A DNA stretch of 64,000 bases from contig OZ244042.1 of the NCBI GenBank assembly GCA_965215015.1, positions 704,001-768,000 of the forward strand, written 5' to 3'. Of this stretch, positions 10,415 to 21,344 are shown in pieces (the stretch's first letter is position 1; each line of letters starts with the position of its first letter). The stretch is from Candidatus Poribacteria bacterium (GTDB taxonomy: Bacteria; Poribacteria; WGA-4E; PCPOR2b). Below the pieces are notes generated by a model. That model had not been told where the DNA came from and did no database searches. It saw only the letters and a program-made list of their open reading frames with translations. Position numbers and translations under genes: made by a program.

Positions 10415-11629
10415 TTAACCCATGACCTGCTGAAGACTTTGACATACCAATGCCTGTTCAACTTCTGTCATCTGTGCATAGAGGGGTAGCGTCAATCCCA
10501 ATCGATCTGCTAAATAGGCATTGGGAAACTGTTCAGGCTGTAGCGCGTATTTTTCCGTATAATAATCTTGAATCACCGGGGCGTGTGTGCCTTGGCGGGT
10601 CGCAATTCCTTTCGTCTCCAGTTGCATCATCAGTTCGTTACGCCCTTGGTGGAGTCGATTAACGTTGTTCAGGGTGGGCTCTTCAGGGCGAAACAAACAG
10701 ACATAAGCTTGATATCCGTGGACGAAACAATCGGGGACTTTCGGCGTTTCCAGCCATTCTACCTCAGTCAGCAGCTGATCGTAGTCCTGGGCGCGTTGCG
10801 AACGCGTTTCCAAGATCCACGCTGCCCGATCCATTTGTGTACAACCAAGCGCGCCTTGGATGTCTGTCATGCGATAGTTATAACCAAGATGATTATATTC
10901 CGATAATAGAAACCCAGCTTTGCCTATGTGGCGTGAGAGATCGGAACGTGAAGCCCCGTGATCTCGTAAGCTGCGTGCTAGCTGATCGGAATCCTCGTGT
11001 TGCGTCGCGATCATGCCCCCCTCGCCGGTAGTGATAGACTTGCGCGGGTGAAAGCTGAAGCAGCCCATCTCGCCAAACGTCCCTGCATATTTTTCGTGAT
11101 ACTGTGCACCGAATGCACACGCAGCATCTTCTACAACCCATAGATTATGCTTTTGGGCAATTTTCTGAATCGGCTGCATCTCCGCGCACAGTCCAAACAG
11201 GTGCACCGGGATGATACCCACCGTTTTTGGTGTAATCAGTCCTTCAATCTGCCCCACATCTATATTGAATGTGGACAGGTCAATATCGCAGAAAATCGGC
11301 TTCGCTCCCATGTATTCCACCACGTTAGCGGTGGAAATCCATGTGAAGGCAGGCACAATCACTTCGTCACCTGGCTTCAACCCTAATGCAGCAACAGCAA
11401 TGTGCAGTGCCGCTGTACAGGAACTGGTCGCAATCGAAAAACGTGATTCTGTGAAGGCTGAAAACTTCTCCTCAAATTGTCTGACAAAGGGCCCCTGAAC
11501 GACCCAACCACTATGTAAAGGAGCGAGGATTGCAGCCTCCTCCTCTGCCCCGAAAAACGGTTTGGTGATTGGTATCTTTTGAGGTGTTGTCTCATCCTTC
11601 AAGTGTAACATCGCCTTTTTTATGCACAT
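10415..11629 (-). CDS. DegT/DnrJ/EryC1/StrS sugar aminotransferase (WbpE-like)
   Basis: PVHLFG, EDAAC, FSFHPRKSITTGEGG and GYNYRM motifs. Confidence 0.9.
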   Translation of the reverse strand: MCIKKAMLHLKDETTPQKIPITKPFFGAEEEAAILAPLHSGWVVQGPFVRQFEEKFSAFTESRFSIATSSCTAALHIAVAALGLKPGDEVIVPAFTWISTANVVEYMGAKPIFCDIDLSTFNIDVGQIEGLITPKTVGIIPVHLFGLCAEMQPIQKIAQKHNLWVVEDAACAFGAQYHEKYAGTFGEMGCFSFHPRKSITTGEGGMIATQHEDSDQLARSLRDHGASRSDLSRHIGKAGFLLSEYNHLGYNYRMTDIQGALGCTQMDRAAWILETRSQRAQDYDQLLTEVEWLETPKVPDCFVHGYQAYVCLFRPEEPTLNNVNRLHQGRNELMMQLETKGIATRQGTHAPVIQDYYTEKYALQPEQFPNAYLADRLGLTLPLYAQMTEVEQALVCQSLQQVMG

Positions 11630-12590
11630 TCCGCCAATCTATTAATCGGCGCATCCCATCTTCCAGATCGACTTTCCACCGGAAGTCTAAATCCCGTTCA
11701 GCGGCTTGGGTAGAACCGATACGGTTTGTCACAAAAGTTTGACCGGCGGGGTGATATTGGATCTTAAGATTGCTGCCCGTCAACCGCAGCAACAACTCCG
11801 TCAATGCTCTGATCGACGTGCCGAGCCCCCGTCCAACATTGTAGTTTTTGTCAGTCACGTCAGCTTGCATAGCACAAATATTGGCTTGGGCAATATCGCT
11901 CACGTAGATAAAGTCGTATTGTTGGCTGCCATCCCCGTAAACAATTGGAGGTAATCCCTGATCAATGCGGTCCAGAATCTTCATCATGACAGCGGTATAA
12001 GCCCCCTTATAATCTTGGCGGGGACCGTAGGCATTCATGTAACGCAGCCCCACCCAACCCAGATTGCAGCGGTGGCCCAACGCCTTAAACATCTGTTCAC
12101 CAGCAATCTTGGTTGCCCCATAAAAAGTATAGTTATTATAGGGATGCTCCTCCGTCATAGGCAATTCGACAGCGTCCCCGTATACTGAAGCGGAAGAGGA
12201 ATAGACCACGCGCTCTACCCCCTGTTTAATCGCTGCTTCCAGCACGTTGAAAGTGCCGCCGACGTTGACTTCAAAGGCGGAGCGAGGGTATTCATGGCAA
12301 TGCAACAGCCAAAGTGCTGCCAAATGAAAAACACCGTGGACTCCCTCCATAGCCGCCTCCAATATATCACAGTGCAGTATATCTCCACCGTGGGGATATA
12401 CCGAAACTTTAGCGTCTTTCAACGCCTCCCGCAAATTTTCTTGGAGTCCTCGCGTGAAATTATCGTACACAATAATCTCAGCAACGTCTGTCTTGATCAA
12501 CCGATCAACGACATGGCTGCCAATAAAGCCGGCTCCACCAATAACCAAGATACGTTTATCTTTTAACTCCATTTCGTCCTTAATCGGCAA
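11592..12590 (-). CDS. NAD-dependent nucleotide-sugar epimerase/dehydratase
   Basis: [20 protein letters not shown] and YGPRQ motifs. Confidence 0.9.
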   Translation of the reverse strand: MPIKDEMELKDKRILVIGGAGFIGSHVVDRLIKTDVAEIIVYDNFTRGLQENLREALKDAKVSVYPHGGDILHCDILEAAMEGVHGVFHLAALWLLHCHEYPRSAFEVNVGGTFNVLEAAIKQGVERVVYSSSASVYGDAVELPMTEEHPYNNYTFYGATKIAGEQMFKALGHRCNLGWVGLRYMNAYGPRQDYKGAYTAVMMKILDRIDQGLPPIVYGDGSQQYDFIYVSDIAQANICAMQADVTDKNYNVGRGLGTSIRALTELLLRLTGSNLKIQYHPAGQTFVTNRIGSTQAAERDLDFRWKVDLEDGMRRLIDWRNVHKKGDVTLEG

Positions 12591-13158
12591 ATGTAAGTTG
12601 ATTATTGTGACACTGATATTCTCGATGACAGCAATTACAATGTACGAAATTGCCTATCAATTCCAAACGGGTTCCACATTGACACATCCAACCGTGTTGC
12701 CTCGCAGGGTTGCCATAAACCAAGGCGTAGTCAGGCACTTCCCGCGTTACCACAGCCCCTGCCCCGATGAAGGCATGTTCACCAATGGTAATGCCGCAGA
12801 CAATCGTCGCATTGGCACCAATTGTTGCGCCACGTTTTACCAACGTGGGATCATATTCATCAATTGCTCTGGGAATAGCACTTCTCGGATTAATCACATT
12901 CGTGAACACCGCTGAAGGACCACAGAAGACATCATCTTCCATGGTGACCCTCTTGTAAACAGAGACATTGTTTTGGATCTTGACGTTGTTGCCAACGCGC
13001 ACGCCGCTATCAATATTAACATTCTGCCCAAGTGTGCAATTTCGTCCGATTTGGCTGTCCTTCATAATATGGCAGAAATGCCAAATCTTGGTGCCATCGC
13101 CAATCGAAACGGGCTCATCGATATAAGAGGATTCATGAACAAAATAGGATTTTTCCAT
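12580..13158 (-). CDS. WbpD-like left-handed beta-helix N-acetyltransferase
   Basis: [30 protein letters not shown] and [10 protein letters not shown] motifs. Confidence 0.9.
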   Translation of the reverse strand: MEKSYFVHESSYIDEPVSIGDGTKIWHFCHIMKDSQIGRNCTLGQNVNIDSGVRVGNNVKIQNNVSVYKRVTMEDDVFCGPSAVFTNVINPRSAIPRAIDEYDPTLVKRGATIGANATIVCGITIGEHAFIGAGAVVTREVPDYALVYGNPARQHGWMCQCGTRLELIGNFVHCNCCHREYQCHNNQLTFAD

Positions 13159-13200
13159 ATAGTCCCCCTCTCCCGACGACGTAGACGCTACGATTATACA

Positions 13201-14223
13201 TCACATTTTGATGTCCACCGGTTCGCCGTTCCGGTTGCGCGATTGTTGTGCCGCTTGTAGGACGCGCACGACGCGAAGCCCATCTTTCCCATCGCTTCTA
13301 GGCCTGTGATGATTCATAACACAATCGAGAAAGTGTTGACATTCCAACTTTAATGGCTCGGTCATTTTGATATATGGCATTGTGACATCGCCAAATCGCG
13401 GGCTTAAGGCTTCGCCATAGGAGGTATAGCCTGCCTTGTGATTGACCCCTTTGTTATAAATTTTAATCATTTCTGTGGTCTCTATATCGTCAAAAACGAC
13501 CATTTTTTTACTGCCAACAATTGTTGTTAGACGCAGTTTATGGGGGTCTAACCAACTCAATTGAATATGCGCCATTATCCCCCCGGGAAACTGAAGGTTG
13601 ACGAAGACCACATCGTCAATTCCCTCTCGCAGATAGGCTGCCCCGCGAGCGGATACGTTCTCCGGCTCAGCATCAAGCAGGTACATAGCGATAGATAAAT
13701 CATGGGGAGCAAGGCTCCACATCGCGTTTTCATCGCAGCGGATTCTCCCCAAGTTGACTCGTTGTGCATAGAGATAGTGAATCTGTCCAAGTTCCCCCGA
13801 CTGGATGAGAACCTTCAGTTTTTCAATCGCCGGATGATATTCCATCAGGTGTCCGACCATCAGGATTCGATCCGTATCCTCAGAGAGTTCTACCAATTCA
13901 ACAGCGTGTTGCACCTCCAGCGTTAGCGGTTTTTCGATGAAGAGGTGTTTACCGTGCTGAAAGGCTTTAAGGGCAAAGGTGTAATGCGTGCGCGCTGGTG
14001 TTGCGATAATAATCGCGTCGAGATCGGGGTCATCCAACAGAGCGTTATAGTTATCAGTGACCATGAGATACGGATATTGCTGTTTGACCCTAGCCAAACG
14101 ACTCGCATCTAGGTCGCAGCAAATTTTGACCCAACAATCAGGCAGTTGATCAAAGTTCCGAAGCAGATTTGGGCCCCAATATCCTAAGCCAACCATGCCA
14201 AGGATTATCTTGGATTTTTTCAT
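13201..14223 (-). CDS. Gfo/Idh/MocA oxidoreductase (WbpB-like position in cluster)
   Basis: GLGYWG, EKP and APHD motifs. Confidence 0.85.
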   Translation of the reverse strand: MKKSKIILGMVGLGYWGPNLLRNFDQLPDCWVKICCDLDASRLARVKQQYPYLMVTDNYNALLDDPDLDAIIIATPARTHYTFALKAFQHGKHLFIEKPLTLEVQHAVELVELSEDTDRILMVGHLMEYHPAIEKLKVLIQSGELGQIHYLYAQRVNLGRIRCDENAMWSLAPHDLSIAMYLLDAEPENVSARGAAYLREGIDDVVFVNLQFPGGIMAHIQLSWLDPHKLRLTTIVGSKKMVVFDDIETTEMIKIYNKGVNHKAGYTSYGEALSPRFGDVTMPYIKMTEPLKLECQHFLDCVMNHHRPRSDGKDGLRVVRVLQAAQQSRNRNGEPVDIKM

Positions 14224-14278
14224 ACTGTTATCTCAACCTACGCTTTGCAGTCGGTCCTTCTAACGAATAGTAGGTTGG

Positions 14279-14517
14279 CTAGGCTCTGTTGACATTTGGG
14301 TGTCGATATATGAATCTCAACCTACAGGCTACCTGCCGATATTGAACCGGGCGGGAGGGTCGGGCAAGATGTCCGACCTACGGGTGTGATTTTGGGTTTC
14401 ACTTAATCCATCTATAGGCGGCTGTTGTTGAAAAGCATAGGTTCTATTGTCGTTGATAGAGATTCGCTTTTACCGTTCAACCTAACCTACGTACTGTCAA
14501 ATGTCCACACGCCTTAG
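14279..14517. mobile_element. MITE-like element with CTAG/TTAG-bounded terminal inverted repeats
   Basis: Left end ctaggctctgttgacatttg, right end caaatgtccacacgccttag. Related ends occur at ~16757-16777, 33923 and 35831-35993. Confidence 0.6.
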
Positions 14518-14520
14518 TTC

Positions 14521-15468
14521 TTAGTATCCCTTTTGTTTGTCTACAACGTTTTCTAGTGGTTCGTCCTTGACATAACGATGTAAGTTGTCAACGAAGAGGC
14601 GCATAGCACGGGCACGAATGTGCTGCGAGGCACCTGCGCTGTGGGAGGTCAAGATTACGTTAGGTTCGGTCCATAATGGGCTATCCGGCGGGCACGGCTC
14701 GACGTAAGTCACATCCAACCCCGCTGCCGCCAATTTACCACTACGAAGGGCAGCAATTAAGGCCTCTTCATCAATGATTCTTCCTCGACTGACGTTGACG
14801 AGATAGCTGCCATCGGGCAATAGATTAAACTGCCTATGCGATAAGAGTTTATGCGTCTCGGGGGTACTTGGACAGCAAACCATCACCACGTTGGATTGCG
14901 TCATCAATTCTGGTAGCCAATCCAGCTTCCCAAGTTGAGTCACCGTATCTGGCTTTTCAATAGATTCTGGATCGACAGCAATCACATTAAATTCAAACGC
15001 TTTTGCCCGCGCGGCGACTGCGCGGCCGATGCCGCCAAGCCCCAGAATCCCCATTGTCATCCCTGCCAGTTCGATACATGGTACACGTTCCCAGTGCCTG
15101 CGTTTCATAAACTCTAGCTGCGTCGGGATGCTGCGCGTGAGCGAAAGCAAGAGGGCAAAGGCGTGTTCAGAAATCTGTTGCCCGTACAATCTTCGACAAT
15201 TTGTCAACACCACATCGCTTGCTTTGAAAGCAGGGTACATGAAGCCTTCAACACCTGCATGGGGTTGATGTACCCATCGCAGCGATTCGGCTTTGGGGAG
15301 ATCCGCTTCACCGATTGCCCCGTAGATAACCTCGATTTCGGAGAGGTGGTCACTAAGTTGTTCTCCCGGGGGTAGGAAGTGTACTTCAACCTCCGGTGGA
15401 GCATCGTTGAGCATCGCTTCAACTTCTGGTGTTTGACGGCTTGCAATGAGAGCCTTGGGTCTAGGCAT
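14521..15468 (-). CDS. D-isomer-specific 2-hydroxyacid dehydrogenase
   Basis: GLGGIG, NVSRG, AGLDVT..EP and TSHSAG motifs. ATG at 15468 follows an aaaggag RBS. Confidence 0.9.
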   Translation of the reverse strand: MPRPKALIASRQTPEVEAMLNDAPPEVEVHFLPPGEQLSDHLSEIEVIYGAIGEADLPKAESLRWVHQPHAGVEGFMYPAFKASDVVLTNCRRLYGQQISEHAFALLLSLTRSIPTQLEFMKRRHWERVPCIELAGMTMGILGLGGIGRAVAARAKAFEFNVIAVDPESIEKPDTVTQLGKLDWLPELMTQSNVVMVCCPSTPETHKLLSHRQFNLLPDGSYLVNVSRGRIIDEEALIAALRSGKLAAAGLDVTYVEPCPPDSPLWTEPNVILTSHSAGASQHIRARAMRLFVDNLHRYVKDEPLENVVDKQKGY

Positions 15469-15591
15469 GATAACTCCTTTCACAGATTGTATCGACATGC
15501 TGGAAAGCACTTTGAAGACGTTTAGGGGGTGGTAAGAAGATTCGTAGGCAATTGGGTAAAGTACCATCCCCAACACTTTTGCTAAAGTAAT

Positions 15592-16281
15592 TCAAGTTCT
15601 GTAGACTGTTGGATCCGCGACACCTGCTTCCTTAAATCCCTTTATTCGTAATAAACAGCTATCACACGCACCGCACGCCCTGCCTTGTGGATCGGGATCG
15701 TAACAGCTGAGGGTGAGTCCGTAGTCAACACCGAGTTCTGCCCCTTTCCGTATGATCTGCGCCTTAGTCATTAAGATGAGAGGGGTTTCAATTTTTAGCT
15801 TCGTTGTGCCTTCAACCCCAGCTTTCGTTGCCAGATTTGCCATTTGCTGATACGCTTCCATATATTCTGGTCTACAGTCGGGATAGCCGCTATAATCAAG
15901 CGCGTTGACGCCCATGAAAATTGTGTCGATTTCTAACGTCTCCGCCCAAGCGAGCGCAAAAGACAGAAATATCGTATTTCGTGCGGGAACGTAGGTAATC
16001 GGGATACCTGTTCCAATTTCCTGATCCGACCGTTGTTTGGGAACATCAATGTCATCCGTCAACGCAGAGCCGCCGAATGCACGCAAATCGATATCAAGAA
16101 TGACGTGCTTTTTTGCCGCCATCTTCCTTGAAATCTGTTCTGCACAGTCGAGTTCCAAAACGTGTCGCTGACCGTACCGGAAACTCATGGTGTATACATC
16201 ATACCCTTGGGATTTTGCAATTGCGAGTATTGTTGTGGAATCGACACCCCCGCTTAAAAGCACTACCGCTTTTTTTGCCAA
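15592..16281 (-). CDS. queC: 7-cyano-7-deazaguanine synthase
   Basis: [28 protein letters not shown] and CGACDSC motifs. Confidence 0.97.
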   Translation of the reverse strand: MAKKAVVLLSGGVDSTTILAIAKSQGYDVYTMSFRYGQRHVLELDCAEQISRKMAAKKHVILDIDLRAFGGSALTDDIDVPKQRSDQEIGTGIPITYVPARNTIFLSFALAWAETLEIDTIFMGVNALDYSGYPDCRPEYMEAYQQMANLATKAGVEGTTKLKIETPLILMTKAQIIRKGAELGVDYGLTLSCYDPDPQGRACGACDSCLLRIKGFKEAGVADPTVYRT

Positions 16282-16305
16282 TCTGAATGCCCCCTTTGCT
16301 TATTT

Positions 16306-16790
16306 GTAACTCAAGTTGCTGGTCGAGTTTCGAGACTCAACAACTACTAAGATAACCTATCAGGTTTACTGTGCTAGGAACAGTGCTTTTCTTGATATAT
16401 CGCGCATCACCCCAATGCAACACACATGTCGCTCTGCCCCGATAAGATCGGGATTTCAAGCAATATGCCTACTACTAGCAACTTAGGGTATTTGTAAATT
16501 TGAAGTGTGGAATTTGATCCACCGATAGTTGAAGCTATCAACGTTGATTCAGGTACTTGATTATAGCCAAACATCAGAAAATTCTCAAGCGAAAAAGACT
16601 CGACTTTATTCGCCTAGAGATTTGTGAACGGAAAATAGAGTTGACATCGTAATAGGGTTATAATAACCTAAGCTGCTAGTAGTAAGCATACTCTGTCCCG
16701 ATGGATCAGGGCACGTCAGTTCAAAGCTTCTCGGAACGAAGATTGGTTCAATTCATCAAATGTCAACAGAATCTAGCAACTTGGTCTAAA
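16306..16790. repeat. Cluster of nested short inverted repeats or MITE ends
   Basis: An inverted pair of ~32 bp (atgcctactactagcaacttagggtatt ~16465 and aataacctaagctgctagtagtaagcat ~16662), repeated agcaactt/aagttgct motifs, and a caaatgtcaacagaatctag end. Confidence 0.55.
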
Positions 16791-16987
16791 CAAAGTAACG
16801 TCTTCCACGCGAAAATGTGCAAATTAAGCGTTTGGTCGCATTTAATTGTGTTATAAGTAATTACAAAAAATTGCATTTTGCTTTTATCTCAAAATTGAGA
16901 TTCTTGTTGTTAATTGCGGATTCAGATTGGATTTCCAGATACGCTCTTTCTGTGGAGTGGCTAACGGGATTTATCTCCATCGTTTGA

Positions 16988-17998
16988 TCAATTAGGTTTC
17001 ATGTGCTTCGATTTTTCAGCAGCATTGAGCACCTGATCAACTGTTACCGCTTCTATGACCGCACAACTAACCTTTCCACATCCGCCGGGACGCTTACCGG
17101 GATGGCACGGATTGCAACCGAGTTCAACTCCGCTGTGGACGACGATGTGTTCCTTGCCGTAGGGACCACTGCGATGGTGGTTTGTTGATCCGAAAATGGC
17201 GATGACAGGAGTCCCGACAGCAGCTGCGATGTGCATTGGTCCCGTATCATTGCCGATATAGAAATCACAGGCTGCGATAAGTCCGGCGACCTGACACAAA
17301 TCATCTTCTTTTACGCAGATCGGCTCCCAGCGCATCAGATTGGTAACTTTTGCTTGCAGCTGCCTCTCGTTGGGTCCAGCAAATAACAAAATCTGCGCGT
17401 TCCATTTTTCACACAACCCGTCCGCAATTTGTGCAAAGTTCTCTGGTCCCCACAGCTTGTAAATCCAATTCCCACCGGGGTGAATCCCGAGCAGCACCCG
17501 ATGCCGATCGACCCCATTTTCCGTTAAAAACGCATCGCGCTTTGCGACCCTTTGGGCGGTCAATCGAAGTTGCGGTCGTGCACCATCAACACTGAAACCG
17601 TGTCTCTGAAGCACATCAAGGTATCGGGTGACGGCATGGGTATCCTTTCGCCTTGGCCGCATACCCCAATGTTTTCCACCAACAAACCGTGACCAGAAGC
17701 TATCCCGGAGATCGACGACCAGATCGAACCGCTCACGGCGCAAAAATTTAATTAGGCGGATTTTCCCACGCCAGCCAGCGTGTTCACCAAGATTGTCGTA
17801 CACAAGGACCTGATCAATCTGGGGGTCGGCAATCAACAGATCGAAGGCACGGTCACCAACAAGGAAGGTAATCTTCGCATCGGGAAAGCGTTGGCGTAGG
17901 GGGCTAATAACCACAGTCGAGAGGACAGCATCGCCGATGAAGCTGAAGCTAAAGACCAGAATCTTTTTGATCATGATGTGTAATGGTAGTTCAGGCAA
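16988..17998 (-). CDS. Glycosyltransferase family 9 (LPS heptosyltransferase-like)
   Basis: IGDAVLS, HPG...KLW and GNDTGPMHIAAAVGTP motifs. Confidence 0.9.
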   Translation of the reverse strand: MPELPLHIMIKKILVFSFSFIGDAVLSTVVISPLRQRFPDAKITFLVGDRAFDLLIADPQIDQVLVYDNLGEHAGWRGKIRLIKFLRRERFDLVVDLRDSFWSRFVGGKHWGMRPRRKDTHAVTRYLDVLQRHGFSVDGARPQLRLTAQRVAKRDAFLTENGVDRHRVLLGIHPGGNWIYKLWGPENFAQIADGLCEKWNAQILLFAGPNERQLQAKVTNLMRWEPICVKEDDLCQVAGLIAACDFYIGNDTGPMHIAAAVGTPVIAIFGSTNHHRSGPYGKEHIVVHSGVELGCNPCHPGKRPGGCGKVSCAVIEAVTVDQVLNAAEKSKHMKPN

Positions 17999-17999
17999 A

Positions 18000-18640
18000 C
18001 TTCTGTAGCAAACGCTTCAATTAACTTGACATCGGTCGTTAAACCATCTTCCACCAATGCTCTTGCTCTCTCCGTCATTAATTGAAAAGAGATAACTTGG
18101 TTGATACGCTTTGCCAAAGAGAAAATTGTGAGGTACATATCCGACAAAGCAAATATTTTCAGGTAGGTCATCCATTCTAAGGTTTCCCCTACCTGTTTGA
18201 ATGATTGCGCGTTGACCGGCACGTTGCACCGCTTCGACGAGGAGGTTTGTGGTTTCGACATTTCTGCTTCCGCCCACCGAATCGAAGGTGATGATAATTG
18301 GCGATAATCCTTGATCTAAAAATTAAGGTCATACCCTTCCATTCCCCTGAAGCAGTCTTCGTACCATTTGTCCGCTTTGTAAAGCAGGCCTTCCTTCACA
18401 ATCGAGATTGCTGATTTTAGTGGACCTTAATCGGAACGATTGCATCCATCGCTTGATTCAAACGATCTGCGCTAAAAGAAACACTGACAGGGTAGAAATC
18501 AATTCCACGTTTGGCAAATCGATCTCGATAGATTTCAGATGTGCAAACACGGCCCTCGTGCCCTACTTTTAATAATCGCTCGGAGAGCGCGAGCAAAGGT
18601 TGGACATCACCGGTTGTTGCCTCATGTGCTGAGTACGATT
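18000..18640 (-). pseudogene. Fragmented GT1/GT28 (sterol-glucosyltransferase-like) glycosyltransferase
   Basis: Fragments in different frames: TTGDVQPLLALS..GHE (N-terminal) and QRAIIQTG..VGYVPHNFLF (C-terminal). Far shorter than a full enzyme. Confidence 0.6.
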
Positions 18641-18694
18641 CGGAGTTTCTTCTCTGGATTGTCGATTGTACATCGGCTTGATTGTATATTTCCA

Positions 18695-20170
18695 TTACTC
18701 GGTTACCGCATACAACTGAATTTGACTCCCCTTTTGACTGCGTAGGCAAACGATTAGTTCGGGCTGATCATCATTATCGGCATCGGCAATTTTCATGTCT
18801 ACAATTTGTCCATCAAGTAACGGGCTTCTCCAACCTTCCACATACAAGTCCCCTTTTCTTTCAAGGATAATAAACTGATCTGACAACTCGAGGGGACTGG
18901 GGAGGTTTTTCACTGTTGCAACAATCTCCGGCGTACCATCCCCATTCAGGTCGCCAACCCCAACCCCTTCACCGAAGATCGGTGGTGTCTGCCATAAGAG
19001 CCGAGTCGTGTTGTTGTCAATGTGATAAATTTGCAGATGTCCCTCCAAATCGATAGCGGCAACTTCGCTTGTGAATCGATCTATCGCTATCACGCGCGTG
19101 GCAATTGAATGGTAATTGACAGGCAACGGGCAGGGGTGTTTCAGATGGATTTTTCCCATCCGCCACACCCAACAGCTTGTCGATTGTCCACGATACATCA
19201 GTTGATTGGCATCGGTTCCCCCAAAGATCATCCGCTCCCCACCTTGGGCGAGACATATCGACTCCTCTGCAAAAATTGTTACCTCGCCGTCCGTCCCCCA
19301 TTCGACCCGCTGCGTTAGATTCGGTGGGATGCCGATATAAATTTCATCTCTGCCATCTTCATTCCGATCGGCGGCAAGCATTATCCGTCGGTGCCGTGCC
19401 AAAACCGGCGTCTCATCGGTGCCATATTGAGTCTCCGAGAGGTCAAGGTGTTTCCAAAAATCAACTCCGCTCCATTTCAATACTTTGACGCGTTTTTCGT
19501 CTGCCACCAGCACTTCGTTAAAGCCATCTCCGTCCGGATCTGACACCTCGATTGCCAGGGCGAAATAGTCGCTATCCGGCGCGCTTTGCCATTTAAGGAA
19601 GTAGGGGTGGAGGTTCGCGGCAGGGGCTGTCGTATAAAGCCCCGCCAACGTAGCTGTAGGTGATAACTGACGATTGGCAACATATCGGAGATACCCTGTT
19701 TTCACTTCCCACAAAAACAGATTAAGGTTGACTACCAGATCAAGCCCTGTGATTTGCCCCGTGATTAGCCACTGACATGCCAAGGATTTGCCATACCGCT
19801 TCACCTGCTCAGGAGTCAACAGACTGCCATCCGTGGGGTATTGACGCCAGTCCAAATGCTCTGGACCAATAAAAGTATCGCCGCTCTCCCCTTTCAACTG
19901 AGACGCAAGCAGGCTAGTTAAAACGCGGCTAACTGTTTTTAGATTTGGTTCTGTAACGTTTAGAGGAATCAACGCGACTCCAGCATCGCTGAAATCCTTC
20001 GGCAATTTCGCAAAAATCTCACCCGTAATACCTTCTACTACACGGTTCAAATCCCTCTCCGGCGCAGCAAAAGCGATCGTCATATAACAGTACAAAAGGA
20101 TAAAAACGGTGAGGGGAAAGCAAACTTTAATCTTAAAGGAATCCTGAGTCTCTATAGTATTTCGCGGCAT
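18695..20170 (-). CDS. Exported protein with a CsgG/FlgO-like N-terminal domain and FG-GAP/VCBS-like repeats
   Basis: Signal peptide ending AFA; repeated DxDGDGxxE motifs (DPDGDGFNE, DRNEDGRDE, DLNGDGTPE, DADNDDQPE). Confidence 0.65.
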   Translation of the reverse strand: MPRNTIETQDSFKIKVCFPLTVFILLYCYMTIAFAAPERDLNRVVEGITGEIFAKLPKDFSDAGVALIPLNVTEPNLKTVSRVLTSLLASQLKGESGDTFIGPEHLDWRQYPTDGSLLTPEQVKRYGKSLACQWLITGQITGLDLVVNLNLFLWEVKTGYLRYVANRQLSPTATLAGLYTTAPAANLHPYFLKWQSAPDSDYFALAIEVSDPDGDGFNEVLVADEKRVKVLKWSGVDFWKHLDLSETQYGTDETPVLARHRRIMLAADRNEDGRDEIYIGIPPNLTQRVEWGTDGEVTIFAEESICLAQGGERMIFGGTDANQLMYRGQSTSCWVWRMGKIHLKHPCPLPVNYHSIATRVIAIDRFTSEVAAIDLEGHLQIYHIDNNTTRLLWQTPPIFGEGVGVGDLNGDGTPEIVATVKNLPSPLELSDQFIILERKGDLYVEGWRSPLLDGQIVDMKIADADNDDQPELIVCLRSQKGSQIQLYAVTE

Positions 20171-20291
20171 TCATCGCTCCTTACATATCGCGCATCGCGT
20201 TTCACTTAAACTTTAGCTTGACAAAACCAAGCTGCGTGTGGAATTATAGAGTGTCTTTACATTCGCTGTCAATTGTACACGGCCAAACCAG

Positions 20292-21125
20292 ATGCAAATT
20301 CCAGACTACTACCGCACATTAGAAATAGATCGCCGCGCAACGGCGGAGGATATTAAACAGGCATATCGCAAGCAGGTGAAGCAGCACCACCCGGATAAAA
20401 ATCCGGGGAAGGAGAGGTATGCTGAACGCATGTTTCGCCGAATCTGTATCGCCTATGAAATTCTTAGCGATCCCCAACGGAAGCTGAAGTATGATCTCAT
20501 GCTCAAATCAGTAGATTTAGAGCACGCGTGGCAGCCCCGCCCTTTCAAAAATCTCCGGAAATCAAACCAAACCCGACACAAGTATCAGCTTATGTTTCAG
20601 GAGTTACTGAACGAAAATATTGAAGCGGGCATCCAACTTTATGAACAGCTGCAACGCGAAAAGAGAAAGGGCTGTATTGACGATTTTTTAGGCTATGCAG
20701 ACAGTCGGGACTGCGAATTTTTGATCGCAGAAGCCTACCAAACGCGTGGGGATTATCGGACGGCTATGACAATTTATGAATCGTTAATTGAGTCCGAAAA
20801 GCGGCATCCGTGTTTTCACCACTTCATTGATGAAATCAAGGAGCGGCTGAAACGGGTCTATTTCCATGTCCTAACGAACCCTCAGAACCTTGAAGATATT
20901 CCAACCGATTTAGAAAAGATTCGCGCTTTAAACCTGTCGAAACGTGAAACGGCATGGATTTATAAAAGGTTATCAGAATGCTACATTGATATCAACCAGA
21001 TTAGCCAAGCGAAAGAGATGTTGAGTATGGCATTTGAGCTCTACCCAGGCATGGCGGGCGCAAAAAAGATTTGCCAACAGCTAGGCATGGAACACTTGCT
21101 GTTGCAAAACGGTACACAGTGGTAA
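20292..21125 (+). CDS. J-domain (DnaJ-like) protein with a TPR-like C-terminus
   Basis: DYYRTL..IKQAYR..HPDKN..AYEILSD..YD J-domain with intact HPD. Confidence 0.85.
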   Translation: MQIPDYYRTLEIDRRATAEDIKQAYRKQVKQHHPDKNPGKERYAERMFRRICIAYEILSDPQRKLKYDLMLKSVDLEHAWQPRPFKNLRKSNQTRHKYQLMFQELLNENIEAGIQLYEQLQREKRKGCIDDFLGYADSRDCEFLIAEAYQTRGDYRTAMTIYESLIESEKRHPCFHHFIDEIKERLKRVYFHVLTNPQNLEDIPTDLEKIRALNLSKRETAWIYKRLSECYIDINQISQAKEMLSMAFELYPGMAGAKKICQQLGMEHLLLQNGTQW

Positions 21126-21344
21126 CCTGATCTTAACAGTCCCTCGGGTGAACCATCTCGTTTTGAACTGCAACTAGTATAATATCACAAAACCCCGTAT
21201 TTTTCTATTTATAATGCACTCGGTCAACGGCATATTGCAGCACACAGATGGAAAGGAAATCGGCTTAAATTGCTATACCGTTCAGTTTTAATCCAAAGCA
21301 TCTAAACGCCTCGGTTTCTACTCCACAACCAGCGATTTGCTTGA

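Noticed and set aside
16282-16500. preQ1 riboswitch upstream of queC
   Set aside because: No recognisable preQ1 stem with an A-rich tail on the minus strand; the region is occupied by dispersed repeats.
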